Positions 39,167 through 48,727 are shown, counted from the first letter of the stretch. The stretch is 64,000 nt of DNA from Minisyncoccota bacterium (GCA_041671485.1 JBAZBL010000006.1:6539-70538), one strand, 5' to 3'. Translations and numbers: made by a program. Notes: generated by a model from the sequence alone, not told the origin.

Positions 39167-40225
39167 ATGGATCAAAAAAAAGAAATTGATGAATTGGTAG
39201 ATCTAATTTTGAAGGAGAATGCATCTGATCTGCACCTCTCTTCTGGTAGGCAACCTATCATACGTGTGGCAGGAGGACTTATACCACTGGTCAAAAAACC
39301 ACAATTGACCGATGAAGATATGAAGCAAATCCTCAATGTATTCCTGACTCCAGAAAATAAAATACTTCTAGAAAAAGACAAAGATGTTGATTTTTCATAC
39401 AGTCTCACAAATGCTCGATTTCGTGGCAATGCATACTATCGTCAAGGGTCTCTATCGATAGCTTTGAGACTAATACCAAAAGCAATCCGCTCTATATCCG
39501 AACTCAATTTGCCACCAATATTGGAGTCTTTTACTAGGAAAGCACAAGGTTTCTTCTTGGTTGTTGGACCAATAGGCCAAGGGAAGACCACCACTCTTGC
39601 TAGTTTGATAGAACTTATCAATCAGACTAGGACAGAACATATCTTGACTATAGAAGATCCAATAGAATATTTATTTGAATCTAAAAAATCAATTGTTGAT
39701 CAAAGGGAAGTGCGTTTGGATACACCAGATTTTCACAATGCTTTGACTGCCATGTTTCGTGAAGATATGGATGTATGTATGGTAGGTGAAATGCGTGATG
39801 TAAATACCATGGCAACGGCTGTTACTGCAGCAGAGACAGGACATCTCGTATTCTCTACATTGCATACGAACAATGCATCACAAACTATAAACCGTATTAT
39901 TGACTCTTTTCCTTCTACGCAACAAGATCAAATACGTGTACAATTGGCAGGCTCTCTTACAGGTATTTTCTCGCAACGTTTGATATCACGTATTTCTGGC
40001 GGTCTCATTCCTGCCTATGAGCTTCTTATCAACAATAATGCTGTGTCAAATCTGATTCGTGAAAAGAGAATACATGAAATACAGACTGTTATAGAGACTA
40101 GTTCTCAAGAAGGTATGGTAGATATGAATCGCTCTCTCTCTGAACTTGTTCGAACAGGGGAAATAACAGTAGAGAGTGCATATATGAATTCGTTAAATCC
40201 AAAAGTATTGGAGCGTATGCTATAG
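39167..40225 (+). CDS. pilT: Twitching-motility/retraction ATPase PilT
   Basis: 352 aa. Walker A GPIGQGKTTT, PilT motifs. Confidence 0.9.
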   Translation: MDQKKEIDELVDLILKENASDLHLSSGRQPIIRVAGGLIPLVKKPQLTDEDMKQILNVFLTPENKILLEKDKDVDFSYSLTNARFRGNAYYRQGSLSIALRLIPKAIRSISELNLPPILESFTRKAQGFFLVVGPIGQGKTTTLASLIELINQTRTEHILTIEDPIEYLFESKKSIVDQREVRLDTPDFHNALTAMFREDMDVCMVGEMRDVNTMATAVTAAETGHLVFSTLHTNNASQTINRIIDSFPSTQQDQIRVQLAGSLTGIFSQRLISRISGGLIPAYELLINNNAVSNLIREKRIHEIQTVIETSSQEGMVDMNRSLSELVRTGEITVESAYMNSLNPKVLERML

Positions 40226-40234
40226 AAAATTATT

Positions 40235-41446
40235 ATGTTATTCAATTATCAAGCATTAGACCAGAGTGGGGCAAAGAAAGAAGGAGCAATTGATGCTATC
40301 AATGTTGATATTGCTATATCATCTCTACAGAGGCGTGGCTTTGTTGTTACTGGTATCAGAGAGGCAGATAGTGGCAGGTCACTCTTATCTAGAAATATTG
40401 CATTTTTTGATCGTGTATCTACGAAAGAGGTTGTTATATTGTCTAGACAACTTGCAACATTATTCGAAGCACAGGTTTCTGCCTTGCGCATATTCCGCCT
40501 ACTTGCTGCAGAAACAGAAAATGCAACATTGGCAAAAAAGTTAACAGAAGTTTCCGATGATTTGCAAAGTGGTAATTCTATATCTGGAGCATTGTCAAAA
40601 CACCCCAAGATATTTTCCCAATTTTATATAAGTATGGTAAAAGCTGGAGAAGAATCTGGCAAACTAGACGATACTTTCCAATATCTAGCCGACTATCTAG
40701 ATCGTACATACGAATTGTCTTCAAAAGTCAAAGGAGCACTCATATATCCTGCTTTCGTCGTATTTACATTCATTACTGTTATGATACTCATGTTTACGGC
40801 TGTAATACCAAAGATAAGTGCTATCATAGTAGAATCAGGCACAGAAATACCTGTATATACAAAGATAGTTCTAGGTATTAGCAACTTTCTTACTAGTTAT
40901 GGATTTGTCATTCTTGGAGTACTTATCATTCTAGGGTTCTTCCTCATACGCTTTATACGTACACCTCCTGGACGATATGCATACGACCATTTCAAGCTGG
41001 AAATACCTTATATTAGTAGTTTATTTAGGAAACTTTATTTAGCAAGAATGGCAGACAATATGTCTACTATGCTATCTTCTGGTATTCCTATGATAAGGGC
41101 TCTAGAACTAACTTCCGATGTTATAAACAATACTGTATACAAAAATATCTTGTCCGATGCAGTAGAGTCGGTAAAAGGAGGACAGACTCTTTCGGATTCT
41201 CTTTCGAATAATCCACGTGAAATACCGGGTATCATGACTCAAATGATGAAAGTCGGTGAAGAATCGGGTGAGCTTGCAACGATATTGAAGACTGTTGCAA
41301 AGTTCTATGGTAGGGAAGTGACTACTGCGATAGACTCTCTAGTTTCTCTCATCGAACCAGCTATGATCGTCCTTTTGGGAGGTGGTGTAGCGGTACTTCT
41401 AGCATCGGTTCTTCTGCCTATTTACAATATTGCAAGTACGCAGTAA
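40235..41446 (+). CDS. Second PilC/GspF platform protein
   Basis: 403 aa with two T2SS-F domains. Confidence 0.9.
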   Translation: MLFNYQALDQSGAKKEGAIDAINVDIAISSLQRRGFVVTGIREADSGRSLLSRNIAFFDRVSTKEVVILSRQLATLFEAQVSALRIFRLLAAETENATLAKKLTEVSDDLQSGNSISGALSKHPKIFSQFYISMVKAGEESGKLDDTFQYLADYLDRTYELSSKVKGALIYPAFVVFTFITVMILMFTAVIPKISAIIVESGTEIPVYTKIVLGISNFLTSYGFVILGVLIILGFFLIRFIRTPPGRYAYDHFKLEIPYISSLFRKLYLARMADNMSTMLSSGIPMIRALELTSDVINNTVYKNILSDAVESVKGGQTLSDSLSNNPREIPGIMTQMMKVGEESGELATILKTVAKFYGREVTTAIDSLVSLIEPAMIVLLGGGVAVLLASVLLPIYNIASTQ

Positions 41447-41510
41447 TTTGTTTACCATTTTTGATTTTTTATCTTTGATTTTTGATTTATATTGTTATCC
41501 CCAATTGCTC

Positions 41511-41541
41511 TTGAATATATTAAAGTCATAGATGTTATAAT
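41511..41541 (+). promoter_or_regulatory. Candidate sigma70-type promoter for pilA: TTGAAT, 19-nt spacer, extended -10 TGtTATAAT
   Basis: TATAAT at 41536-41541 with TG two bases upstream. About 70 nt upstream of the pilA ATG. Confidence 0.4.
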
Positions 41542-41609
41542 ATGTCTTGAACAACCTTGTTTAAGGTCTGTTATTAAAGGTTTTATTATTAATAATTATT
41601 AAATAAAAT

Positions 41610-42101
41610 ATGAAAAAATCATATTCAAGAGGTTTCACTCTTATAGAATTGCTAGTTGTTATTGCCATCATCGGTATTTTGGCGTCAGTTGTGTTGGTGA
41701 GTTTGAATAGTGCGAGAAATAAGGGAAAAGATGCTAGAATCATTTCAAGTGTTCAACAGATTAGAACATTGGCAGAGGGGGGTTACAATAATGGTCTTTA
41801 TCTTGATTTTATTGGCGACAGTGACACAACATACAATGAGACAGTTGCTGGTGCTTTAAATACTGCCGGCCCAAACAATACAGCGGTTGCACAGCTTGTA
41901 GCTGATATGACAGCAAATGCTGGATCTGTAGTTTATATGGTTACTGAGGGTAGTACTAACATTGGTGTATCTGCTTATGCAGTATATGGAGCTCTTCCAA
42001 GCTCTCCATCTGGTTCAACCAAGTATTTCTGTCTTGATTCTACTGGAAAGACTAATCAATATGCTAGTGCTGCTTCAACCGTAACTTGCCCAGCTAACTA
42101 G
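41610..42101 (+). CDS. pilA: Major type IV pilin PilA
   Basis: MKKSYSRGFTLIELLVVIAIIGILASVVLV is a class III prepilin leader and conserved N-terminal helix. Confidence 0.85.
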   Translation: MKKSYSRGFTLIELLVVIAIIGILASVVLVSLNSARNKGKDARIISSVQQIRTLAEGGYNNGLYLDFIGDSDTTYNETVAGALNTAGPNNTAVAQLVADMTANAGSVVYMVTEGSTNIGVSAYAVYGALPSSPSGSTKYFCLDSTGKTNQYASAASTVTCPAN

Positions 42102-42179
42102 TACCTAGAGACTTTCTTTATGCCCCATACGTGGTAAATCATCAAAACCTAGTTTCGGCTAGGTTTTGTGTTTGGGGGA

Positions 42180-42234
42180 GTTTACGCAGGGTAGACCTGC
42201 GGGGGAATCCCCCGCAGGTCTACCCTGCGTAAAC
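42180..42234. repeat. REP doublet (REPIN-like) next to the RAYT gene
   Basis: gtttacgcagggtagacctgcg ggggaatcccc cgcaggtctaccctgcgtaaac, a 55-nt perfect palindrome. Preceded by the pilA terminator aaaacctagtttcggctaggtttt. Confidence 0.8.
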
Positions 42235-42792
42235 TCTAATAATACTACCTTGAGGTCTATTTTCTCCCAAATAGTCTTTATAACTAGAGAATTCGTATTT
42301 CTTTGAGTATTCTATTGCTTGAGCCAAATATTCAGGTTTGGCAGTTTTCATGAGATCTGGTTCATCTATACTATACGGATTCAAGTGTATGTATTGGATC
42401 AAATATCTCAAATATTCATCATTATCAATATGTTTTTCTTTGTATTGTCCTTGAAATATTGTTCCAGAGTGGTCATATTTTCTGTTGTAATACATTGCGT
42501 ATGATGTGCACAGTTTACGAATAAATCTAGTAATACCACCATCAGTTTTTTCTTCTACTCCTATATGAAAATGGTTTGGCATAAGACAATAGGCAAATAT
42601 GTCGACAATTATATCTCGATTATATTGAAACATGTCTAATGGCTTTATACTACGCAGGTCTACCCTGCGTGTATCATTTGCTGTGTAGAGTAGAGTTATA
42701 AATCTTTCATAATCACCCCTATCTAAAAATATTGGTGCTTTATGGGCTCCACGATTGTATATATGATATTTTTCTCCTAATATATGTGACAT
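42220..42792 (-). CDS. IS200/IS605-family Y1 (HUH) transposase of the REP-associated type (RAYT, TnpA_REP-like)
   Basis: 190 aa from ATG 42792 (MSHILGEKYHIYNRG...). HUH motif NHFHIG, catalytic Tyr region YLRYLIQYIHLNP. Flanked by REP hairpins. The ORF-track start at 42828 translates a REP. Confidence 0.8.
   Translation of the reverse strand: MSHILGEKYHIYNRGAHKAPIFLDRGDYERFITLLYTANDTRRVDLRSIKPLDMFQYNRDIIVDIFAYCLMPNHFHIGVEEKTDGGITRFIRKLCTSYAMYYNRKYDHSGTIFQGQYKEKHIDNDEYLRYLIQYIHLNPYSIDEPDLMKTAKPEYLAQAIEYSKKYEFSSYKDYLGENRPQGSIIRVYAG
42653..42669. repeat. Single REP unit inside the RAYT coding region, in frame
   Basis: cgcaggtctaccctgcg encodes part of ANDTRRVDLRSIKP between the first conserved block and the HUH motif. 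Confidence 0.6.
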
Positions 42793-42797
42793 TAAAT

Positions 42798-42916
42798 TTA
42801 CGCAGGGTAGACCTGCGTAAACAACCATATCACACCGAGATAAAATCCTGATAAAATTTTGCTGAAGAAATGATAAAGTTTTTATCCGAGGGTAGGCCTC
42901 GGAGGCCTACCCTCGG
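42798..42916 (-). repeat. Composite repeat element, copy 3 (reverse strand): GC hairpin ccgagggtaggcctc g gaggcctaccctcgg, 42-nt ATTTTATC motif, TGaTATGGT box, REP; directly upstream of the RAYT start
   Basis: 42-nt motif at 42837-42878 (reverse strand). REP cgcagggtagacctgcg at 42801-42817. 31-nt perfect GC palindrome at 42886-42916. Confidence 0.7.
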
Positions 42917-42961
42917 CAAACCGCGGTGGTTGCAACATAAATAACATGTTATAATCCTTGT

Positions 42962-43429
42962 ATGAAAAAGTCTGGCTTTACTCTAATAGAACTTCTAGTT
43001 GTGATTGCTATTATCGCCATATTGACATCCATCGTAATGACCAATTTCTCATCATCGCGCTCCAGGGCGCGAGACGCTAAGAGGGTTTCAGATTTGGGAC
43101 AGATTCAGTTGGCGCTTGAACTTTATTTTGATAGGTGTAAGGAGTATCCAGGTTCATTTTCTACGTCTGCTAATAATGGTTGCCCTTCAGGTATTAGTCT
43201 AATTACATATATTTCACAGATTCCATCATCTCCATCACCAGGATCATATGGCTATCATTTTAATGATAATACTGTTCCTTATAATCCTAATGATTATGTC
43301 TTACATGTAACTCTTGAAAACCAGAATGAAGTCACAATAGATGGAAGACAAAATATTTCAGGTATAGTTTATCCAACTCCATTGCCAACTTGTAATCAAG
43401 TTAAAGAATATTGCATCGGCCCCAAATAA
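42962..43429 (+). CDS. Second type IV pilin
   Basis: MKKSGFTLIELLVVIAIIAILTSIVM prepilin N-terminus. 155 aa. Confidence 0.8.
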   Translation: MKKSGFTLIELLVVIAIIAILTSIVMTNFSSSRSRARDAKRVSDLGQIQLALELYFDRCKEYPGSFSTSANNGCPSGISLITYISQIPSSPSPGSYGYHFNDNTVPYNPNDYVLHVTLENQNEVTIDGRQNISGIVYPTPLPTCNQVKEYCIGPK

Positions 43430-43444
43430 TACCCCTATCTGTAA

Positions 43445-44245
43445 ATGAATACCTCATCACTCATCCTTTCCTTCATCTTCGGTGCTGTGGTCGGTAGTTT
43501 CTTGAATGTTGTAGCAATTAGATTTAATACTGGCAAAAATATAGGTGGTAGGTCGAAATGCATGTCTTGTAGCAAGACACTTGAATGGTTCGAACTTGTA
43601 CCTATATTTAGTTTTATTTTCCAGAGAGGAGCGTGCAAGAAGTGCAAAAGCAAGATTTCTTGGCAATATCCACTCGTAGAATTTATCGCAGGAGCTATAT
43701 TTGTCTTGTTATTCTTCACATTCCCGCCAATATCCTATATTTCTGGCATAACTACATTCATCCAGATATTGTGTGCCTGTTTACTTCTAGTCATTGTAAT
43801 ATATGATATAAAACACAAGATAATACCAGATTCATTTGTATATTCATTTGATATTATTGCTCTTCTTGGCCTATTTATCGGTGGAATTTCTCTTTGGCAT
43901 ATACCTACTTTCTCGCAATTGATAGCTGGTCCACTTCTTGCTATACCTTTTGCATTTCTATGGCTCATATCTGGAGGGAAGTGGATGGGCTTCGGTGATG
44001 CAAAACTTGTACTCGGCATAGGGTGGCTTTTGGGTATAAATGCAGGAATAAATGCAATCATACTTTCTTTCTGGATAGGTGCTATAGTGTCTGTCGCTTG
44101 GCTTTTTGTGAATTACAAAACATTCAAGCGCAATGTTGAAATACCATTTGGTCCATATCTTGTACTTGGAATGTATCTTGTTCTCATATTTGGTATACAA
44201 GTGATCAATCTTGATATTTTATTGACAGCGATTGGTTTTTCGTAG
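43445..44245 (+). CDS. pilD: Prepilin peptidase PilD (A24 family)
   Basis: Tetracysteine CMSC...CKKC, polytopic membrane domain with conserved Asp residues. Confidence 0.85.
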   Translation: MNTSSLILSFIFGAVVGSFLNVVAIRFNTGKNIGGRSKCMSCSKTLEWFELVPIFSFIFQRGACKKCKSKISWQYPLVEFIAGAIFVLLFFTFPPISYISGITTFIQILCACLLLVIVIYDIKHKIIPDSFVYSFDIIALLGLFIGGISLWHIPTFSQLIAGPLLAIPFAFLWLISGGKWMGFGDAKLVLGIGWLLGINAGINAIILSFWIGAIVSVAWLFVNYKTFKRNVEIPFGPYLVLGMYLVLIFGIQVINLDILLTAIGFS

Positions 44246-44247
44246 CA

Positions 44248-44297
44248 GTCCCGCAGGGTAGACCTGCGGGGGATCACGCAGGTCTACCCTGCGGGAC
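44248..44297. repeat. REP doublet (REPIN-like) between pilD and the pseudopilin operon
   Basis: gtcccgcagggtagacctgcg ggggatca cgcaggtctaccctgcgggac. Confidence 0.8.
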
Positions 44298-44320
44298 AGG
44301 AAAAGATGTATAATATAATC

Positions 44321-44959
44321 ATGAAATTACGTTGCGAACTCGGTAGTCGTGCTTTTACACTCATTGAACTTCTTGTATCTATATCAATATTTGTATTTAT
44401 GACAGCACTCCTTCTAGCCAAATATGGCAATTTCAATCAGAGCGTTCTCATGACAAATCTAGCATACGATATGGTTCTCACTCTTCGTACTGCGCAAACA
44501 TATGGTTTGAGCGTTCAAGGAGATACTAGTGGTTCATCACCGACATTTGGGCAGGCATATGGTGTTGCGTTTTGCAAGAATACTTCTTGCAATGGCACAT
44601 CGAACAATCAAAATATGATAATGTTTGCTGATAATAATAAGAATGGAGTATATAATACTGGTACTCCTCCAGATTCTATAGTTGCAAATTATTCTATAAA
44701 GCGTGGAGCAAAAGTACTTGGTTTTTGTGATAAACAAGATGGAAGCGGTTGCATTAGTACTGGTGGTACAAATAGTTCAATAAGCAGTGTTGATATAAGT
44801 TTCCTGCGCCCAGATCCAAATGCAATTATTTGTACTACAAAGAATAGTTCTGTAGATTGTAATAATAATTATATAAAAGTTATCCTACAAAGTAGTGATG
44901 CTTCAAATATTAGAAGTATAGTCGTACGTAGTACAGGACAGATGTCTGTAGAAGAATAA
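44321..44959 (+). CDS. Prepilin-type pseudopilin
   Basis: SRAFTLIELLVSISIFVFMTALLL N-terminus. The first ATG of the ORF is at 44306; the start is ambiguous. Confidence 0.6.
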   Translation: MKLRCELGSRAFTLIELLVSISIFVFMTALLLAKYGNFNQSVLMTNLAYDMVLTLRTAQTYGLSVQGDTSGSSPTFGQAYGVAFCKNTSCNGTSNNQNMIMFADNNKNGVYNTGTPPDSIVANYSIKRGAKVLGFCDKQDGSGCISTGGTNSSISSVDISFLRPDPNAIICTTKNSSVDCNNNYIKVILQSSDASNIRSIVVRSTGQMSVEE

Positions 44960-44960
44960 T

Positions 44961-45566
44961 ATGAAATACCGAGGATTTACACTCATAGAAATGATAGTGT
45001 CTCTAGGGATCTTTTCCGTTGTTGCTGTCATATCGCTCGGAGCATTGATGAGGATAATCTCTGCAAATCACAAAGCACAAGCTATACAATCAGCATTCAC
45101 AAACCTCAATTTTGCCCTAGAATCTATGTCTCGCGAAATAAGAATGGGGGCAAACTATCATTGCGAAGCAGGATTCAATACATATTCTGGAAGTGGCATT
45201 TCAGGTAAAGCATGTGATATCGGCAATAATTCGACAATATTTTTTGAATCATCCAAAACCAAAACATTACAAAGTGGTAATGGTAGTTGCCGTTTGGTAT
45301 ATAGTTATTATTTTAGTGGTTCTGCTCCCAACTATATTCTCAAGAAAGCTCAACAAAGTAATTGTAATGACCCTATAAATAACAATAGTTTTTCAGAAGT
45401 CATTTCACCCAATATAACTATTACAGATTACAAACTAGGAGTAATAAAAGGATCAACTGACAATTATCCCAAAGTCTTTATCCGTATATCTGGCGAAGCA
45501 GGTATAAAAGAAAAAGAAAAGACGTTTTTTGATGTGCAGACTAGTATATCGCAGAGGATTCGATAA
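44961..45566 (+). CDS. Prepilin-type pseudopilin
   Basis: MKYRGFTLIEMIVSLGIFSVVAV. Confidence 0.7.
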   Translation: MKYRGFTLIEMIVSLGIFSVVAVISLGALMRIISANHKAQAIQSAFTNLNFALESMSREIRMGANYHCEAGFNTYSGSGISGKACDIGNNSTIFFESSKTKTLQSGNGSCRLVYSYYFSGSAPNYILKKAQQSNCNDPINNNSFSEVISPNITITDYKLGVIKGSTDNYPKVFIRISGEAGIKEKEKTFFDVQTSISQRIR

Positions 45567-45574
45567 ATAAAAAT

Positions 45575-46093
45575 ATGAAGCAAATATCAAATAGGAAAAA
45601 TAATGTAAGAGGGTTCACCATAGTAGAAACATTGGTGGCAATAACCATTCTTATGATAGCTATTGCAGGCCCACTCGTTGCTGCAAATAGGAGTTTGACT
45701 GCTGCACTATATGCAAAAAATCAGGCAATAGCATCATTTTTGGCAATGGAGGAGATAGAATTGATAAGGTCGTACAAAGATAACACTTCCAATTTCAGTA
45801 CTTTCAAAAATCTTTGTACTTCTGGTAGTTATTGTTATGCCTCATGGGATAATAGCGGTTCAATAGGCTATGGACAGTGTAATCCGATAGCAAATTCTTG
45901 TAAGATATATTTCAATAATAGTTATGGTTATACAAATCTAGCTGTTAGCACAAATACTATATTCAATAGATATTATATCTTTAATGAGATTTCTAGTAAT
46001 GAAGTCAAGGTCACAGCATTCGTATATTGGAATGAAGGCAAAATACCGAGTGAGGTTAGGATTACAAGCTATATGACTGATGCATCACTCTGA
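45575..46093 (+). CDS. Prepilin-type pseudopilin
   Basis: VRGFTIVETLVAITILMIAIAGPL. Confidence 0.7.
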   Translation: MKQISNRKNNVRGFTIVETLVAITILMIAIAGPLVAANRSLTAALYAKNQAIASFLAMEEIELIRSYKDNTSNFSTFKNLCTSGSYCYASWDNSGSIGYGQCNPIANSCKIYFNNSYGYTNLAVSTNTIFNRYYIFNEISSNEVKVTAFVYWNEGKIPSEVRITSYMTDASL

Positions 46094-46098
46094 TCATT

Positions 46099-46635
46099 AT
46101 GACAAATAGGAAAATACAATCTGGATACACATTACTATTTGCTGTTCTCACCGCATCTCTTGTCTTGGGCGTTGCAGCTTTTGTTGCTGGAATTGCTAGG
46201 AAGCAATATATAATATCTGCTACAGCTAGAGATTCTATCTATTCATTTTATAATGCAGATAGTGCTATAGAATGTATCATATCTAGTATGTCTAGTTGGC
46301 CTAGCGCCACTTCGAGTCTTGCCAGTGTTACTTGTAATAATGTTACTACAACATTAGGAGTTTTTAGTGATCTAGGATTAGGAATTCCCTCATTCAATGG
46401 CTCATATAAGGTATATGAAAATATTAATAATATTTCTTTTGGTTTAAATGGTTCAGATGGTTGCTCTGTTTATAGTATAAAGGTTGGATACAATACTGAT
46501 ACTCCACCAATGGAGAAGGTGGTAATAGAAGCAAGTGGTTACAATGTCTGTATCGAGGATCCTACTAGTCCAGGAAACTTTAAACCAGCCAATAGTCGTC
46601 GAACTGTAGAAAGGACTATTCGTCTGACTCAATAA
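46099..46635 (+). CDS. PilX-like or minor-pilin membrane protein (hypothetical)
   Basis: 178 aa. N-terminal hydrophobic helix GYTLLFAVLTASLVLGVAAFVAG. Last gene of the pseudopilin run. Confidence 0.4.
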   Translation: MTNRKIQSGYTLLFAVLTASLVLGVAAFVAGIARKQYIISATARDSIYSFYNADSAIECIISSMSSWPSATSSLASVTCNNVTTTLGVFSDLGLGIPSFNGSYKVYENINNISFGLNGSDGCSVYSIKVGYNTDTPPMEKVVIEASGYNVCIEDPTSPGNFKPANSRRTVERTIRLTQ

Positions 46636-46663
46636 AAATGCCAATTCATGGTATTCTAAAGCC

Positions 46664-48727
46664 ATGAAAACAGTAGAGAAAAAAGCTACAAAAGAGGCAA
46701 AAGAGCGCCTAAATAAGCTCAAAGAGACGATAGAATACCATCGTTACAATTATCATGTACTCGATAAGCAAGAGATTTCAGCATCGGCACTTGATAGTCT
46801 AAAACATGAATTGGCAATCCTCGAGACAAAATATCCAGAATTGATTACCACTGATTCACCATCACAGAGAGTAGGAGGGGAACCACTTCCAGAATTCAAG
46901 AAGGTAAAACACGTCATACCACAATGGTCTTTAAATGATGCCTTTGCTCCAGAAGAAATACAAGAATTTGATGCAAGAGTAAAAAGGTTCTTGATACAAG
47001 GTGGTATAAATAATCCCAAGCCAACATATACTTGTGAGCATAAGATAGATGGACTAAAAATTGTACTTAATTATGAAAATGGTGTACTAAAGCAAGTTGC
47101 AACTAGAGGAGATGGCATTGTCGGTGAAGATGTTACAAATAATGTGAGAACCATAGATTCTGTACCATTGAAGCTCAAAAAACCATTGTCAATCATCGTT
47201 GAAGGAGAAGCGTGGATGGCAAAGAGTACACTTAAAAGCTTGAATAAAGAACGTATCAAAGATAGAGAAGAGCCATTTGCGAATCCTAGGAATCTAGCGG
47301 CTGGTTCTATTCGCCAACTGGATCCGAAAGTAGTGAGAGAAAGGGGGTTAGATTCATTTATTTATGATATTGCGAGGATTATACCACCGCCTGCGACGGT
47401 CGAGGCGGCTACGATCTTGCCGTCAACACAATTGGCTGAGTTAAATCTTTTAAAGTCGCTTGGTTTCAAGGTAAATAAGCACTATAAACATTGCAACAAT
47501 ATTGAAGAAGTCATTGCATATTGGCGAGAATGGCAAAATAAAATGCCAAAAGAGGATTATTGGGCTGATGGTATTGTAGTAAAAGTAGATGAATTGGAAT
47601 ACCAAAAAATTCTAGGATTTACAGGCAAAGCACCACGTTGGTGTATAGCATTCAAATTCCCAAGTGAAGAAGTTACGACTATTCTAGAAGATATTGTCTT
47701 TCAAGTTGGGCGTATGGGCACTATTACACCAGTTGCTATATTGAAGCCAGTGTCTATAGGAGGTTCAACAGTTTCTAGAGCAACATTACACAATGAAGAT
47801 GAAATAAAACGTCTTGATGTTCACATTGGTGATACTGTCATACTCAAGAAAGCAGGAGATGTAATACCAGATATAGTTGGTATTGTGAAAGAGATGAGGA
47901 AGAGCAATTCTAGACCATTCAAATGGCCTACACATATAGCAGGATGTGGTGGGGATGGAAAGATAGAGAGAGTACCCGGTGAATCGGCATGGAGATGTGT
48001 AAATAAAAATTCTTTTGAACAAGAAAAGCGTAAACTTTACTATTTCACTTCTAAACACTGCTTTGATATTGACGGACTAGGTCCAAAGATCATAGATCTT
48101 TTGCTAGAACACAATCTTATTGCAAGCTCAGATGATATATTTACACTAGAAAAGGGCGATCTCGATAGTTTGCCACGTTTTGCGGATAAATCTGCAGACA
48201 ATCTGATAAAAGCTATTGAAAAAGCAAAGAAGGTGACATTGCCAAGATTTTTGGCCTCACTTTCTATCCCTCAACTAGGAGAAGAGACATCATATGATAT
48301 AGCCAAGAATTTTGGAACAATTGAAAATATTCAAGATGCAACAAAAGAAAAGTTTGAATCAATCTATGGTGTTGGGCCAGTAGTTGCCAAGTCTATTGCA
48401 GATTGGTTCAAAAAAAGTGAAAACCGTAAATTAGTTAGCAATCTACTGAAATACGTGAAGATAATTCCCGATGAATCAAATGCAAATGAAGCCAGTCAAA
48501 TTTTCAACGGTAAATCTTTTGTATTTACTGGTACTTTGCCAACATTGGAGCGTGAAGAAGCACAGCAATTAGTAAGAAAAAATGGAGGGAATGTATCTAG
48601 TTCCGTATCAAGCAAGACTTCATTTGTAGTTGCTGGCGATGATGCTGGGTCAAAGTTAGATAAAGCGAGGAGTTTGGGGGTGAATATAATAGATGAGAGT
48701 GAGTTCCTAAGGCTTTGCGCAGGGTAG
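46664..48727 (+). CDS. ligA: NAD-dependent DNA ligase
   Basis: Adenylation motif KIDG (CEHKIDGLK), OB fold, Zn-finger region, HhH and BRCT domains. Stop codon TAG lies inside a REP unit. Confidence 0.95.
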   Translation: MKTVEKKATKEAKERLNKLKETIEYHRYNYHVLDKQEISASALDSLKHELAILETKYPELITTDSPSQRVGGEPLPEFKKVKHVIPQWSLNDAFAPEEIQEFDARVKRFLIQGGINNPKPTYTCEHKIDGLKIVLNYENGVLKQVATRGDGIVGEDVTNNVRTIDSVPLKLKKPLSIIVEGEAWMAKSTLKSLNKERIKDREEPFANPRNLAAGSIRQLDPKVVRERGLDSFIYDIARIIPPPATVEAATILPSTQLAELNLLKSLGFKVNKHYKHCNNIEEVIAYWREWQNKMPKEDYWADGIVVKVDELEYQKILGFTGKAPRWCIAFKFPSEEVTTILEDIVFQVGRMGTITPVAILKPVSIGGSTVSRATLHNEDEIKRLDVHIGDTVILKKAGDVIPDIVGIVKEMRKSNSRPFKWPTHIAGCGGDGKIERVPGESAWRCVNKNSFEQEKRKLYYFTSKHCFDIDGLGPKIIDLLLEHNLIASSDDIFTLEKGDLDSLPRFADKSADNLIKAIEKAKKVTLPRFLASLSIPQLGEETSYDIAKNFGTIENIQDATKEKFESIYGVGPVVAKSIADWFKKSENRKLVSNLLKYVKIIPDESNANEASQIFNGKSFVFTGTLPTLEREEAQQLVRKNGGNVSSSVSSKTSFVVAGDDAGSKLDKARSLGVNIIDESEFLRLCAG

